Of a DNA stretch of 35,248 bases, positions 1 to 9,380 are shown one piece after another; position 1 is the first letter of the stretch; each line of letters starts with the position of its first letter. The stretch comes from a virus (taxonomy: Duplodnaviria; Caudoviricetes). A program made the translations under genes and the position numbers. Under the pieces are notes generated by a model. The model was not told the origin of the DNA. It did not search any database and saw nothing but the letters and a program-made list of their open reading frames with translations. The stretch covers positions 1 through 35,248 of the IMG/VR virus record IMGVR_UViG_3300044272_000956; one strand, 5' to 3'.

Positions 1-1
1 G

Positions 2-103
2 GGATTGCCGCTTGAGACTAGAGATTACGTCTCTAAGATTCTTGGCTACAACGAAAAGTTCGAGTCAGAGTATTACGACTCACCTCTTCGTTCAGGGAAC
101 TAA
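2..103 (+). CDS. 3' end of a soluble lytic transglycosylase (SLT/GH23-like) domain protein, truncated by the window start
   Basis: Manual translation from nt 2 gives GLPLETRDYVSKILGYNEKFESEYYDSPLRSGN*. LPxETRxYVxKI is the characteristic C-terminal motif of SLT domains. Not in the ORF track. Confidence 0.75.
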   Translation, partial: GLPLETRDYVSKILGYNEKFESEYYDSPLRSGN

Positions 104-531
104 GCCTCAAGGTTTATCGGTTCTCCGCCTTCGAGCTTCCTGTATATTCGCTGGACAAGCATCCGTCCCGACTGAGACAAACCGAGCCTGTGCTCATTAC
201 CAGACTTCTCATGGAATAAGGCGTTGATGTAAGAATCAACCTCTTTACCATGATGTATTACTTCTACATACCCTTTTTGTTTCAGGGGCAGTATGGTTCT
301 TTCGTACAGCTTCTTCCGGCTTCTGCTCATGGCATTCGCCAAATGAGTGATGGTGAAAAACTCGTAGTCGTAACAGAACAGAAGTGCTTCGACCTCAGCC
401 AGCCCTACGTCGAAGTTAAGCTTTACATCTCTAAGGACGAGTGAGAGTTTCTTGAGGTCGTTTCGCTTGACGTATCGTTTGTTTAGTTTACTGAAGTTGC
501 GTCTCCGACGTGCCGGATGGTGTCTACTCAT
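100..531 (-). CDS. Winged helix-turn-helix (MarR-like fold) DNA-binding protein, putative regulator
   Basis: 143 aa, basic. The pattern EALLFCYDYEFFTITHLANAM...ILPLKQKGYVEV...LGLSQSGRMLV resembles a wHTH. It is the only credible minus-strand gene and has its own TAACTTTG element upstream. Confidence 0.7.
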   Translation of the reverse strand: MSRHHPARRRRNFSKLNKRYVKRNDLKKLSLVLRDVKLNFDVGLAEVEALLFCYDYEFFTITHLANAMSRSRKKLYERTILPLKQKGYVEVIHHGKEVDSYINALFHEKSGNEHRLGLSQSGRMLVQRIYRKLEGGEPINLEA

Positions 532-537
532 TAGTAG

Positions 538-545
538 TATATTTG
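538..545 (+). promoter_or_regulatory. Bacteroidota sigma-A type -7 element TATATTTG
   Basis: Exact TAnnTTTG match in the 30-nt intergenic gap upstream of ATG 562. Confidence 0.75.
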
Positions 546-548
546 CTA

Positions 549-556
549 CAAAGTTA
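549..556 (-). promoter_or_regulatory. Bacteroidota -7 element TAACTTTG (minus strand) for the wHTH gene
   Basis: CAAAGTTA at 549-556 reverse-complements to TAACTTTG, 17 nt upstream of the minus-strand ATG at 531. Confidence 0.65.
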
Positions 557-561
557 ATCGC

Positions 562-1419
562 ATGGGAACACTTAGCGGAAACAGGATTAAGCTAACGTAT
601 CAAGGGCTCTTGAAAACCACTGATGCAGCGAACCTTACATCTAGTCTAAAGGTAATTGAAGACGGTAGCGGGAACGCCTCTGCTCTATCACTTTCGACGA
701 CTGAGGTAAAGGTTGCTGGACTCAAAATCGGCAGTGGTCCAAGTAGTCTGACCACCGGAACCGAAACAGATGTTTTGATTATTGCCAGCGATGGTACTAT
801 CAAGAAGAGGACATTCCCATCAGCGGCTACCGTCACGACTACCACTTCGGGAACTACAAGCCCACAAATTACTGTTGCTCAATCTACCGGAACTAGTAAG
901 ACTGTCACGTTCAGTGCAGGTGGCGGAATCACTCTTTCGAGAAACTCCGCAACAGACACGATTACAATTACTGCCGACTCTTCGGTGCCAACCATTTCTG
1001 AATTATCAGCAGCTGGGAGCATTGCGGCCAGTGACGGGAGCAAGGTCTACCTCTTGGATGGTAACTCAATCAATGGCGGTGTCATCAACCTACCTGCCAT
1101 CTCCTCTGCTGGAGACAACGTAAAGTTCATTGTGTCAACTGAAAAGGGAACCGCCTACACAATTAAGGCCGGCAGTGGAGACAAGTTCTTTGGAAAGGCT
1201 ACACTTGACAAGACTGATGGTAGCGCAAGGGCGATTCAAAACCAAGCCAAGAGCGGTAGCAACAACACCATTACGCTAGACAGTGATGCCGCAACCACTG
1301 GCGGAAAAGCTGGAGACGTGATTGAGTGCATCGCTGTTGACACGGAGTTCTGGATGGTCACCGCTCATCTTTCAACAAGTGGTGCCGCATCTAGCTGTTC
1401 CATCTTTTCAACTACTTAA
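562..1419 (+). CDS. Virion structural protein (S/T/G-rich, fibre or decoration-like)
   Basis: 285 aa, Ser/Thr/Gly-rich beta-type composition. C-terminal LPA...FIV...TITLD...TGGKAGDVIE...W pattern is typical of phage fibre tip domains. Confidence 0.55.
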   Translation: MGTLSGNRIKLTYQGLLKTTDAANLTSSLKVIEDGSGNASALSLSTTEVKVAGLKIGSGPSSLTTGTETDVLIIASDGTIKKRTFPSAATVTTTTSGTTSPQITVAQSTGTSKTVTFSAGGGITLSRNSATDTITITADSSVPTISELSAAGSIAASDGSKVYLLDGNSINGGVINLPAISSAGDNVKFIVSTEKGTAYTIKAGSGDKFFGKATLDKTDGSARAIQNQAKSGSNNTITLDSDAATTGGKAGDVIECIAVDTEFWMVTAHLSTSGAASSCSIFSTT

Positions 1420-1423
1420 TGCC

Positions 1424-1702
1424 ATGGATGATATTCTGAAGAAAGCAATGTTCTCTGAAGTCGCTGATGTTATGGAGCGTATTGAAGAGATTACCGAGAA
1501 GTACAAGCACTCGGGTGAGTTGGTCTACAGTGCTGCGTTTGGCTTTCTTGAGGAAGAAGGAGAAACCGAGAATCGGTGGAGCCTAGCCTACGGGCACAAC
1601 TGTAAAGACCCAGATGAGTTTGAAGAGTTCATGACCCTTCAAGTACAAGCCTTCTCAGTAAACGAGGAGGAAGACCCATTCCCGGGTCTTTACCTAAACT
1701 AA
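1424..1702 (+). CDS. Hypothetical acidic protein (92 aa)
   Basis: Start moved from the track's 1322 to ATG 1424 (MDDILKK), just after the upstream stop at 1419. Confidence 0.65.
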   Translation: MDDILKKAMFSEVADVMERIEEITEKYKHSGELVYSAAFGFLEEEGETENRWSLAYGHNCKDPDEFEEFMTLQVQAFSVNEEEDPFPGLYLN

Positions 1703-1706
1703 AATC

Positions 1707-1943
1707 ATGAACCTAATTAGAAAGATTGTCGTTGGGCCAAACCCCAAGGACGCAATGGCGTATTACGTCGGAATGAAAGCGGGGCCAGCCCGAGTGTGTG
1801 CAATCAAAGAAGACGAGGCATCGCTGTACAAGTACAATGTAAGGAGATACCACGTTTACCTAGAGGACGAAGATTCAACGTATATTTGGAAGACGGTTGA
1901 GAATCAGCCTATTCTAATTGAGTACGATTGTAATTTTGAATGA
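1707..1943 (+). CDS. Hypothetical protein preceding the co-chaperonin (78 aa)
   Basis: A-rich leader and ATGA overlap with the next gene. The IRKI...AMxYxVG...WK...IEY pattern recalls small genes at this position in Bacteroidota phages (from memory). Confidence 0.75.
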   Translation: MNLIRKIVVGPNPKDAMAYYVGMKAGPARVCAIKEDEASLYKYNVRRYHVYLEDEDSTYIWKTVENQPILIEYDCNFE

Positions 1944-2521
1944 AAGCACTAAAGCACTTCTTTGTTGAGGTGCCTGAGAAAACAACAGGCACGATAACAG
2001 TAGGGGGTAAAGAACTTTTCCTTGACACAAGATTCAACGAGTTTGAGCATCGCGTTTGTTATGGGCGTGTTGTTTCTACTCCTGTTCAGGTTAAGACGGG
2101 AGTAAAGAAAGGCGACACCCTTTTCTTTCACCACCACGTCACCAAGAGTGACAACCTTAGAATCGACGACGGCATCTACATGGCTGTCTTAGACCTTGAG
2201 AATCCCAGAGGGAGTCACGCCATCGCGTATCGTGATTCTAAGGGCGAGTTACACATGCTTGCCGACTGGGTGTTTCTTGAGCCGCTTGAGGAAGAGGGCG
2301 ATGAGGAGGTAACAGATGCTGGCATTGTTGTCGTTTCTCTCGAAGAGAAAAAAGAGCTGGAAGCAAGGATTGTCACCCCGTCCCAATACATGGTTGAGCA
2401 GGGTGTAAAGAAGGGTGATGTTGTCGGGTTCCTCCCGGACAGGGATTACAAGATGAAGCTGGACGACGACAGCATCGTGTATCGTATGACTGATGATGAC
2501 GTGCTGTATGTCCGCAACTAA
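1940..2521 (+). CDS. Co-chaperonin GroES/Cpn10-like protein with two tandem domains
   Basis: 193 aa with GVKKGD twice (GVKKGDTLFF, GVKKGDVVGF). The second half has a GroES-like DWVFLEP...EVTDAGIVVV mobile-loop segment. Confidence 0.75.
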   Translation: MKALKHFFVEVPEKTTGTITVGGKELFLDTRFNEFEHRVCYGRVVSTPVQVKTGVKKGDTLFFHHHVTKSDNLRIDDGIYMAVLDLENPRGSHAIAYRDSKGELHMLADWVFLEPLEEEGDEEVTDAGIVVVSLEEKKELEARIVTPSQYMVEQGVKKGDVVGFLPDRDYKMKLDDDSIVYRMTDDDVLYVRN

Positions 2522-2798
2522 GTTCACAACGATTAGCGCGGCTCAGCGACTCATGAAGTCTATGGAGGTTGCCATCAACAACATGATTGATGAGGTCAAG
2601 CGTCCTGTTGACCCTGAGGCTGGTGGCTCTGCACGGAAGGCTGAGCTTCAGTCAATCAAGCAAACTGCCGTTGACTGCAAGGAGCTGTTGGTTGAAAGAC
2701 AGAGACTTGAGCAGATGGTAAAGGACTTGAAGTCGAACGGAAGTATTGAACAAGAAAAGGATTACTCCGGCGGCTTCGCAGAGAAGTTTAGCAAATGA
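2508..2798 (+). CDS. Putative terminase small subunit
   Basis: About 96 aa helical protein directly upstream of, and ATGA-coupled to, the large terminase. Start chosen at ATG 2508. Confidence 0.55.
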   Translation: MSATKFTTISAAQRLMKSMEVAINNMIDEVKRPVDPEAGGSARKAELQSIKQTAVDCKELLVERQRLEQMVKDLKSNGSIEQEKDYSGGFAEKFSK

Positions 2799-4909
2799 GT
2801 GTCCTAGAAAAAGTCGATGGTTATGATGACGAGGTTATCAAGATTTGTCCCAACGGTACACTCGGAGATGTCGTGGAGCTTGGTGGGATTCTCATTGGTC
2901 TTCCAGAGACTCCGAAGAGGGGAATCAAAGGAGAAGGCTTGGAGGCAAGTATGCAGATGTGGGAAAGGCTACCTATGCCATCAGAACTGTCCCGTATTCG
3001 AAGCATGGATGAGTGGGCCGAAACGCCCAAGGAGTTTCGAGAAAAGTTTCGTCCATTTATCGAGGAAGAATTTAGAAGGCGCAGGGAAGGTTTTTGGTTT
3101 TACAATCAGGGTCAGCCTACGTTTATCACGGGGAGACACTACATGCTCCTCCAGTGGACGAAGATTGACATTGGCTACCCCTCATATCTGGGATTCCAAA
3201 GAGACATTTTCCTTCACATGGCTGCTTGCGAAGTTGACCCGCGCTGCGTTGGCCAGCTTTACACTAAGTGTCGCCGCTCTGGTTACACTAATATCTGTTC
3301 CTCTGTTCTGCTGGACGAGGCTACTCAGGTTAAAGACAAGCTTCTGGGCATTCAGTCGAAGACTGGTAAAGACGCTCAGGAAAACATTTTCATGAAGAAG
3401 GTGGTGTCGATGTTTCGTCACTACCCTTTTTTCTTCAAGCCTATTCAGGACGGTACCACGAACCCGCGTATGGAGCTGGCGTTCCGCGAGCCATCTAAAA
3501 GGATAACGAAGAACAACAAAACATCGTATGTTGGTGACGCGCTCAACACAGTGCTAAACTGGAAGAACACCACCAACAATGCTTACGATGGTGAGAAGCT
3601 TCACATGCTGTACATGGATGAGGCAGGCAAGTGGGAAAAGCCTTCTGACATCCGCGAGGCTTGGCGCATTGAACGTACTTGTCTTATCGTTGGCCGTCGC
3701 ATTGTCGGCAAGGCACTTGTCGGTAGCACCGTCAATCCGATGGATAAGGGTGGCTCGCAATACAAGCAGCTTTGGAAAGACTCAGACCCGACAAAGAGGA
3801 ACGCTAATGGTAGAACTACCTCCGGCCTCTACCGTCTATTCATCCCAGCCTACGAAGCCCTAGAGGGGTTCTTTGACGTTCACGGCAACCCCATCATTCA
3901 AGACCCAGAAAAAGAAGTGCCCACTCTTGATGGGGACATGATGACGTTTGGGTCTAAGACGTTTCTGAAAAACGAGAGGGATGCCTTGAAGAATGACGCT
4001 AAGGAGCTAAACGAAATCATCCGTCAGTTTCCGTTCACGCCCGACGAAGCCTTCCGGGATAGTGTCGAGGGCAGCCTGTTCAACATCGGAAAGATTTACG
4101 AGCAGATAGAACACAACGATTCGCTGTATCCAAACCCAGTGGTGAGGGGCAACTTCCAGTGGAAGGGCGGTGTGCCCGACACCGAGGTCGTGTTTCTACC
4201 GAACCATCAGGGCAGGTGGTATGTGTCGTGGATGCCTGACCAAGAGAACAGAAGCGTGATGTCCATGAACAGGAACAAGCGCGTGCCACCAAACCCACAC
4301 ATGGGGTGTGGCGGAGTTGACTCCTATGACCTTGACGCAACTGTAGATAGCCGCTCATCCAAGGGTGCTTGCCACATCTACAACAAGTTCAACATGGACG
4401 CGGCGAGCAACATGTTTGTTGCAGAGTACGCCAGCCGCCCACCCATGGCAAAGATTTTCTACGAGGACGTGTTGATGGCCGCTGTGTTTTACGGATACCC
4501 GTTGCTCATAGAGAACAACAAGTACGGGATTGTAAGGCACTTTGAGTCAAGAGGTTACGACGGTTATGTGATGGACCGTCCTGACCACTTGAGGTCAACC
4601 TCATCATCCACAAACGTCAAGACAAAAGGTATCCCCTCAAACTCTCAGGATGTAATTCAGGCACATGCCTCGGCCATAGAAGATTACATCCACAAGTACG
4701 TTGGCCTGAATGAGCAAGGCGAGCCGGGCAAGATGTATTTCAATAGAACCCTAGAGGACTGGATTGGATTCAAGATTGACAAAAGAACCAAGTACGACCT
4801 TTCTATTAGCTCTGGTCTTGCACTGTTAGCGGCACAAAAAGTCAAGCCAAAGGTGGAGAAGAAGCAGTTTGATGAGAAGGTTTTCTTCCGCCGATACAAG
4901 CTGAGCTAA
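2795..4909 (+). CDS. terL: Terminase large subunit
   Basis: 704 aa. Walker A-like KCRRSGYT, Walker B LYMDEAGKW, coupling motif VGST, and RNase H-like nuclease motifs GGVDSYD, LIENNK and YDLSISSGLAL. Confidence 0.93.
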   Translation: MSVLEKVDGYDDEVIKICPNGTLGDVVELGGILIGLPETPKRGIKGEGLEASMQMWERLPMPSELSRIRSMDEWAETPKEFREKFRPFIEEEFRRRREGFWFYNQGQPTFITGRHYMLLQWTKIDIGYPSYLGFQRDIFLHMAACEVDPRCVGQLYTKCRRSGYTNICSSVLLDEATQVKDKLLGIQSKTGKDAQENIFMKKVVSMFRHYPFFFKPIQDGTTNPRMELAFREPSKRITKNNKTSYVGDALNTVLNWKNTTNNAYDGEKLHMLYMDEAGKWEKPSDIREAWRIERTCLIVGRRIVGKALVGSTVNPMDKGGSQYKQLWKDSDPTKRNANGRTTSGLYRLFIPAYEALEGFFDVHGNPIIQDPEKEVPTLDGDMMTFGSKTFLKNERDALKNDAKELNEIIRQFPFTPDEAFRDSVEGSLFNIGKIYEQIEHNDSLYPNPVVRGNFQWKGGVPDTEVVFLPNHQGRWYVSWMPDQENRSVMSMNRNKRVPPNPHMGCGGVDSYDLDATVDSRSSKGACHIYNKFNMDAASNMFVAEYASRPPMAKIFYEDVLMAAVFYGYPLLIENNKYGIVRHFESRGYDGYVMDRPDHLRSTSSSTNVKTKGIPSNSQDVIQAHASAIEDYIHKYVGLNEQGEPGKMYFNRTLEDWIGFKIDKRTKYDLSISSGLALLAAQKVKPKVEKKQFDEKVFFRRYKLS

Positions 4910-4926
4910 CGCTTCCCCGGTATGAC

Positions 4927-4934
4927 TATATTTG
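4927..4934 (+). promoter_or_regulatory. -7 element TATATTTG upstream of the portal gene
   Basis: Exact TAnnTTTG match in the terL-portal gap. Confidence 0.75.
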
Positions 4935-4958
4935 CACTTGAGTCCAACAAAGTATTTC

Positions 4959-7412
4959 ATGACCCAAGGGAGCAAAAATAACAAATACGGAAATTTCCCA
5001 GACCCCTTTGCGTCACCACTAGAGAAATCAGACCGCTCCTATGGATTGAGGTATGCGAAAGCTATTGAAAGCCAGTGGGGAAAAAGCGACAACTCCGGCT
5101 CTCTGCTGAGACAACGCTTGCACGATTTCGAAAAGAATCGTGACTACGCAAACGGGACTCAGGACACCTCTGTGTACAAGCAGATTCTAAACGCGCTCGA
5201 CCCAAACAATGGCGACGGCACGCTGCTCAACCTTGACTGGAGTCCGGTGCCTATCGTGCCGAAGTTCGTCAAAGTTGTAGTCAACAGAATCCTGTCAAGA
5301 AAACCGTATCCATCTATTGATGCTATTGACCCTGTGAGCAAGGGGGAGAAGGACGAGGCACGCGCCGCTATCGAAGCATCAATCGAAGACAAGGAGCTTC
5401 TCAAGGAGGCCAAGGCTATGGGGCTTCAGCCTCAGATTGACCCAGACATTTTACCCGACACTACCGAAGAGGCGGAAATCTTCATGGAGCAAAACATGAA
5501 GACCAACGCTGAGATTGCTGCTCAGCTGGCGACATCGCTTACGCTGGACTGGAATGACTTTGACCAGACAGTTTATCGCAGAGCTGTCGAGGACTTGGTG
5601 GTCTGTGGTATGGGTGTAATCAAAAGAGACAACGACCCCAACTATGGAATCACAACCAAGTATGTAGACCCAGCCAACTTTCTTCACAGCTACACCGAAG
5701 ACCCTACGATGTCTGACATTGTGTATGGGGGCCACATCAAGCGAATTAGCATTCAAGAGCTGAAGCGCATGGCTGGTAGCGAGATTTCGGAAGAGCAATA
5801 CGAAGAGATTGCTAGGAGCGTGATGGGGAAGAAGTACAACGACAAGAGCTTGTTCGGTGTCAAGAGTTACGATAGAGGTGCTGGGGGATACACCCATGGT
5901 TACGACGATTACCTGATTGACATCATGGACTTTGAGTTCTTGTCTGTCGATTGTGTGTACTACGAAAGCAAGGAGTCTCAGTTTGGAAACACGGGCTTCT
6001 ACTTCAAGGGTGGTGAGTACAAGGAGCCAACAAGCTCTGTGTACGACAGACAGCCATACAAGATGGAAAACCAAACCATCTATGGCGGGTGCTACGTTGT
6101 TGGCACTAGCATGATTTTCGGATACGGCATGAAGAAGAATGTGCCGAAGAACGTACACGACCTCACCAAGGCTAGACTCTCGTACAGCGTAGCGTGCACG
6201 AACATTCGTCGCATGAAGCCCAAGTCTATCGTGGGTAGCGTCATCGGTTTCGCTGACCAACTACAGCTTACACACCTGAAGATTCAGCAAGCTGTTGCTA
6301 AAGCAAAGCCGGACGGTGTTCTGGTTGACATCGAGGGTCTTGAGAATGTACAGCTCGGAAGAGGTGGTGACTTGCAGCCGTTGGAGATTCAAGACATCTA
6401 TGAGCAGACTGGTGTCTTCTATTACAGGAGCAAGAACCCAGAGGGTGGCTTTCAGAACCCTCCAATCCGCTCAATCGAGAACAGCATTCGCAACATCAAT
6501 GAATACATCAACCTGTACAACCACTACCTAAGAATGATTCGTGATGCTACGGGCATCAACGAGGTAATGGATGCGAGCACCCCAAAGGGTGACGCTCTGG
6601 TTGGAGTAAGACAACAGGCTCTTGCCGCAGGCAACAACGCACTGTACGACATTACCAACGCAAGCATGGTTTTGTACCGCAGGGTTTGTGAGGACATTGT
6701 GAAGTGCTTGCAGGTTATCCCTGACGACTCAGTGCTTTACAGGGTGTACCAAAAAGCTGTAGGTGAAAAGAGCATGGCGATTCTCCAGAGCTTTGAAAAC
6801 CTACCCATGTACAACTTTGGTGTCATAGTCATTCAAGAGATGTCCGATGATGACCGCATCTTCCTTGAGCAGAATGTTCAGGCTACTCTCGCGCAGAAAG
6901 AGATTGACCTTGAGGATGCTATGGCAATCAGACAGGTCAAGGACATTGACCAAGCTCAAAGACTTTTGGCCGTAAAGAGAAAGAAGCGTATTCAAATGCT
7001 TCAGCGTCAGCAGCAGCAGAACATGCAGGCTCAGGCTCAGGCCAACGCTCAGGCTTCTCAAGCTGCGGCTCAGTCGGAAATGCAGAAGATGCAGATGGAG
7101 GCTCAAGTGGAGGCGCAAAAAATTCAGCTCAAGGGTCAGGTCGAGGTGCAAGTTGCAGCAGCCCTGCACCAGATGAGAAAGGAGTTGGAGATGATTAGGG
7201 CTCAAGCAAGTCTTGGCTTCAAGGCTGACGACAAGGAGTTCAGAGAAAAGATTGAAACCCTCAAGGAAGACCGCAAGGACGAGAGGGTGGTTAAGCAGGC
7301 CGTAGAGCAATCCAAACTTATCTCACAGAGACAGGGCAATCGTGGTGAGCTTGAAGGCCAGCAAGCCGGAATGAATCAAGAAGTAATCAACGAGATTTTT
7401 GGAGATGAGTAA
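4959..7412 (+). CDS. Portal protein
   Basis: About 817 aa immediately after terL, with LDWSPVPIVPKFVKVVVN and a long Q/A-rich C-terminal coiled coil (barrel), as in podovirus portals. Start moved to ATG 4959 because the track's TTG 4932 lies inside the promoter motif. Confidence 0.88.
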   Translation: MTQGSKNNKYGNFPDPFASPLEKSDRSYGLRYAKAIESQWGKSDNSGSLLRQRLHDFEKNRDYANGTQDTSVYKQILNALDPNNGDGTLLNLDWSPVPIVPKFVKVVVNRILSRKPYPSIDAIDPVSKGEKDEARAAIEASIEDKELLKEAKAMGLQPQIDPDILPDTTEEAEIFMEQNMKTNAEIAAQLATSLTLDWNDFDQTVYRRAVEDLVVCGMGVIKRDNDPNYGITTKYVDPANFLHSYTEDPTMSDIVYGGHIKRISIQELKRMAGSEISEEQYEEIARSVMGKKYNDKSLFGVKSYDRGAGGYTHGYDDYLIDIMDFEFLSVDCVYYESKESQFGNTGFYFKGGEYKEPTSSVYDRQPYKMENQTIYGGCYVVGTSMIFGYGMKKNVPKNVHDLTKARLSYSVACTNIRRMKPKSIVGSVIGFADQLQLTHLKIQQAVAKAKPDGVLVDIEGLENVQLGRGGDLQPLEIQDIYEQTGVFYYRSKNPEGGFQNPPIRSIENSIRNINEYINLYNHYLRMIRDATGINEVMDASTPKGDALVGVRQQALAAGNNALYDITNASMVLYRRVCEDIVKCLQVIPDDSVLYRVYQKAVGEKSMAILQSFENLPMYNFGVIVIQEMSDDDRIFLEQNVQATLAQKEIDLEDAMAIRQVKDIDQAQRLLAVKRKKRIQMLQRQQQQNMQAQAQANAQASQAAAQSEMQKMQMEAQVEAQKIQLKGQVEVQVAAALHQMRKELEMIRAQASLGFKADDKEFREKIETLKEDRKDERVVKQAVEQSKLISQRQGNRGELEGQQAGMNQEVINEIFGDE

Positions 7413-7803
7413 CGCAACGAAGATTAACCTAGATACCGCATCAAGAGTTGATGTGACTTGCAGAAAGGGAGACACCTTCTCTCTCAGACTCACTGTGACC
7501 GATTCAGCTGGGGCTGCTGGCTTCGCGGCTGGTGACATCTTTTTGTTTCAGGTCAGAGACTCTGACACGGGCTCGTTGGTGGCTAATGGGTCAGCCTCCG
7601 ATTTTGCAAAGAGCGTAACAGCGGCTGGTGGCGATGTGACAAACAAGTATGTTGACATCACCGTGACGGCGGCTGTCATGAAGACCATGCCGTCAGGACT
7701 CTACGTCTACGATGTTGAGCAAAAGCTTGCCAGTGATAGCTCTGTTTCTACTTTGATTTTTGGTACACTGAAGGTGAACGAAGATGTTTCAATAACCGCG
7801 TAA
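7405..7803 (+). CDS. Small beta-sandwich structural protein (BppU N-terminal-like; fibre attachment/hub)
   Basis: RKGDTFSLRLTV...GLYVYDVEQ...TLIFGTLKVNEDV pattern. First gene of the fibre block. Confidence 0.55.
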   Translation: MSNATKINLDTASRVDVTCRKGDTFSLRLTVTDSAGAAGFAAGDIFLFQVRDSDTGSLVANGSASDFAKSVTAAGGDVTNKYVDITVTAAVMKTMPSGLYVYDVEQKLASDSSVSTLIFGTLKVNEDVSITA

Positions 7804-7812
7804 TGAAGCACA

Positions 7813-8835
7813 ATGCCTGTAAGTGTAACCCAGCCTAAGAATGTAAAGGTATCCAGCCAACACGGTGACATCATCAAGGTGTCCATTGTCAAAGGTGGCA
7901 CGGATACCAAAGTCGTTACTGTAAATCAGGTAGCGAAAAACAACATCACTATCCAAGGGGTAGTCAGTGGTGGGGGTGGTGACTCAAGCATCAGCTCTCA
8001 GATTACCGTGTCCAACAACGACGCGGCATTCTCGCACATGACTAGCCCCATCACGGCGGGTACATCGGTTGAGGCTATCCTAAGTGACATGCTGGAGGTG
8101 TACAACAGGACAACTATTTCTATGTCCTCAATCACCAGAGCTCTTCAGGGCACTGACGGAAGCTATGGCTCGGCAAGTACATTGAGTTCTAGTGAGACGC
8201 TTGAGGTGGGTCAGGGTGTCAAGGTATCCGCGTTTACCATCTCTATTGCAGATAGCTCGCAGACGACAGACGACTCTGTTAAGTTCCTGAGGGGCAGTAC
8301 CGAAGTCCAGACTGGATTCTCTGACGCAAACGGGACGAAGACGCTTTCTTCTGAGGACACTCAAGACCCGGGAACTGTAACCAGCATAAGCTATAGGGCG
8401 ACAGCTGTAGATGATGGTGGCTCTGGCCTTGGGGACTTGACGATAAAAAGCGGAACTATTTCAATTTCTTGGAGGAATAGAATTAAGGTTGGGGGTGCTT
8501 CTACGTCTTCAATCAACTCAAACGCTACGGCCCAAACCCTGTTTGACTCTGGGATTACCGCAGCATACAATCAACTTCGAAGTGAATCTGACTTCAACGT
8601 CACGGCCAACACCGCGATGGATACAGCAGGCAACTTCACTTGGATTGCATACCCCGCCTCTTTTGGCAACTTGAACAAGATTGACTTGGCTGGCACCGAC
8701 GTGCTGTCTGATTTTCAATCGCCAGTAGACTACAGTTTAACTAACTCTTATGGTGTAACTACATCCTATCGGTTTTACAGAAGCAACTTCTCTAAGGCTT
8801 TTGCATCCGGTCAGGTGATAACGATTGATTTCTAA
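7813..8835 (+). CDS. Virion structural protein (fibre/decoration, Ig-like composition)
   Basis: 340 aa, S/T-rich, with C-terminal WIAYPASFG...YRFYRS. TAATG-coupled to the next gene. Confidence 0.55.
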   Translation: MPVSVTQPKNVKVSSQHGDIIKVSIVKGGTDTKVVTVNQVAKNNITIQGVVSGGGGDSSISSQITVSNNDAAFSHMTSPITAGTSVEAILSDMLEVYNRTTISMSSITRALQGTDGSYGSASTLSSSETLEVGQGVKVSAFTISIADSSQTTDDSVKFLRGSTEVQTGFSDANGTKTLSSEDTQDPGTVTSISYRATAVDDGGSGLGDLTIKSGTISISWRNRIKVGGASTSSINSNATAQTLFDSGITAAYNQLRSESDFNVTANTAMDTAGNFTWIAYPASFGNLNKIDLAGTDVLSDFQSPVDYSLTNSYGVTTSYRFYRSNFSKAFASGQVITIDF

Positions 8836-9338
8836 TGCCGATTTTTCCCGGACCAGTATCGCACAATAACCCCAATGCTCCCATTCTTGATGCCACTGGC
8901 AATCAGGTTAAGGGCTTTGGCTTCTTTGCGAACACTACCGCGAGAGCAGCGTTAGATGCAAACCTTAGGGTAAAGGGGTTCTTAGCAATCGTAGGCACGA
9001 CTCCCTTCGTCTATACAGTCGATGGTGTTACTGATGCTGAATGGGGGAATGACAGCAACTGGACAGAGGTTGGTACTGGCAGTGGGTTGAACAATGTCGT
9101 GGAGGATATGTCCCCTCAGCTGGGCGGCGACCTCGACTTGTTTGACGGGACCACGGAGTTCAAGATTACCACCACCAAAACCAACGGCCACATCCAGTTT
9201 ACCCCGAACGGTACGGGTAAAGTAAAGCTAGATGGTGTGGTGGAGTTCAAGCAATTTGACCCCTCGTCTCCCCCTGCCGCTTTTGCTGGCGGTATGTACG
9301 CAGATACCAATGACAATCTCTACTTCGGAGTAAGTTAA
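8835..9338 (+). CDS. Fibre-associated structural protein
   Basis: 167 aa containing VVEDMSPQLGGDLD and IQFTPNGTGKV, motifs recurrent in marine phage fibre proteins. Confidence 0.6.
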   Translation: MPIFPGPVSHNNPNAPILDATGNQVKGFGFFANTTARAALDANLRVKGFLAIVGTTPFVYTVDGVTDAEWGNDSNWTEVGTGSGLNNVVEDMSPQLGGDLDLFDGTTEFKITTTKTNGHIQFTPNGTGKVKLDGVVEFKQFDPSSPPAAFAGGMYADTNDNLYFGVS

Positions 9339-9345
9339 AACTTAC

Positions 9346-9353
9346 TATCTTTG
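9346..9353 (+). promoter_or_regulatory. -7 element TATCTTTG
   Basis: TAnnTTTG match in the intergenic gap before ATG 9381. Confidence 0.7.
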
Positions 9354-9380
9354 AGCGCAAACAAAAAGTAATCACTTCTC

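Noticed and set aside
12-444. Track ORFs 12-227 and 250-444 on the plus strand
   Set aside because: They overlap the better-supported SLT C-terminus and the minus-strand wHTH gene and have no recognisable features.
7000-7135. CAG/GCT-rich quasi-repeat
   Set aside because: It encodes the Q/A-rich coiled-coil barrel of the portal and is not an independent DNA repeat.
2795-7412. Possible introns or inteins in terminase or portal
   Set aside because: Both ORFs are continuous, with no intein C...HN termini or homing endonuclease motifs noticed.
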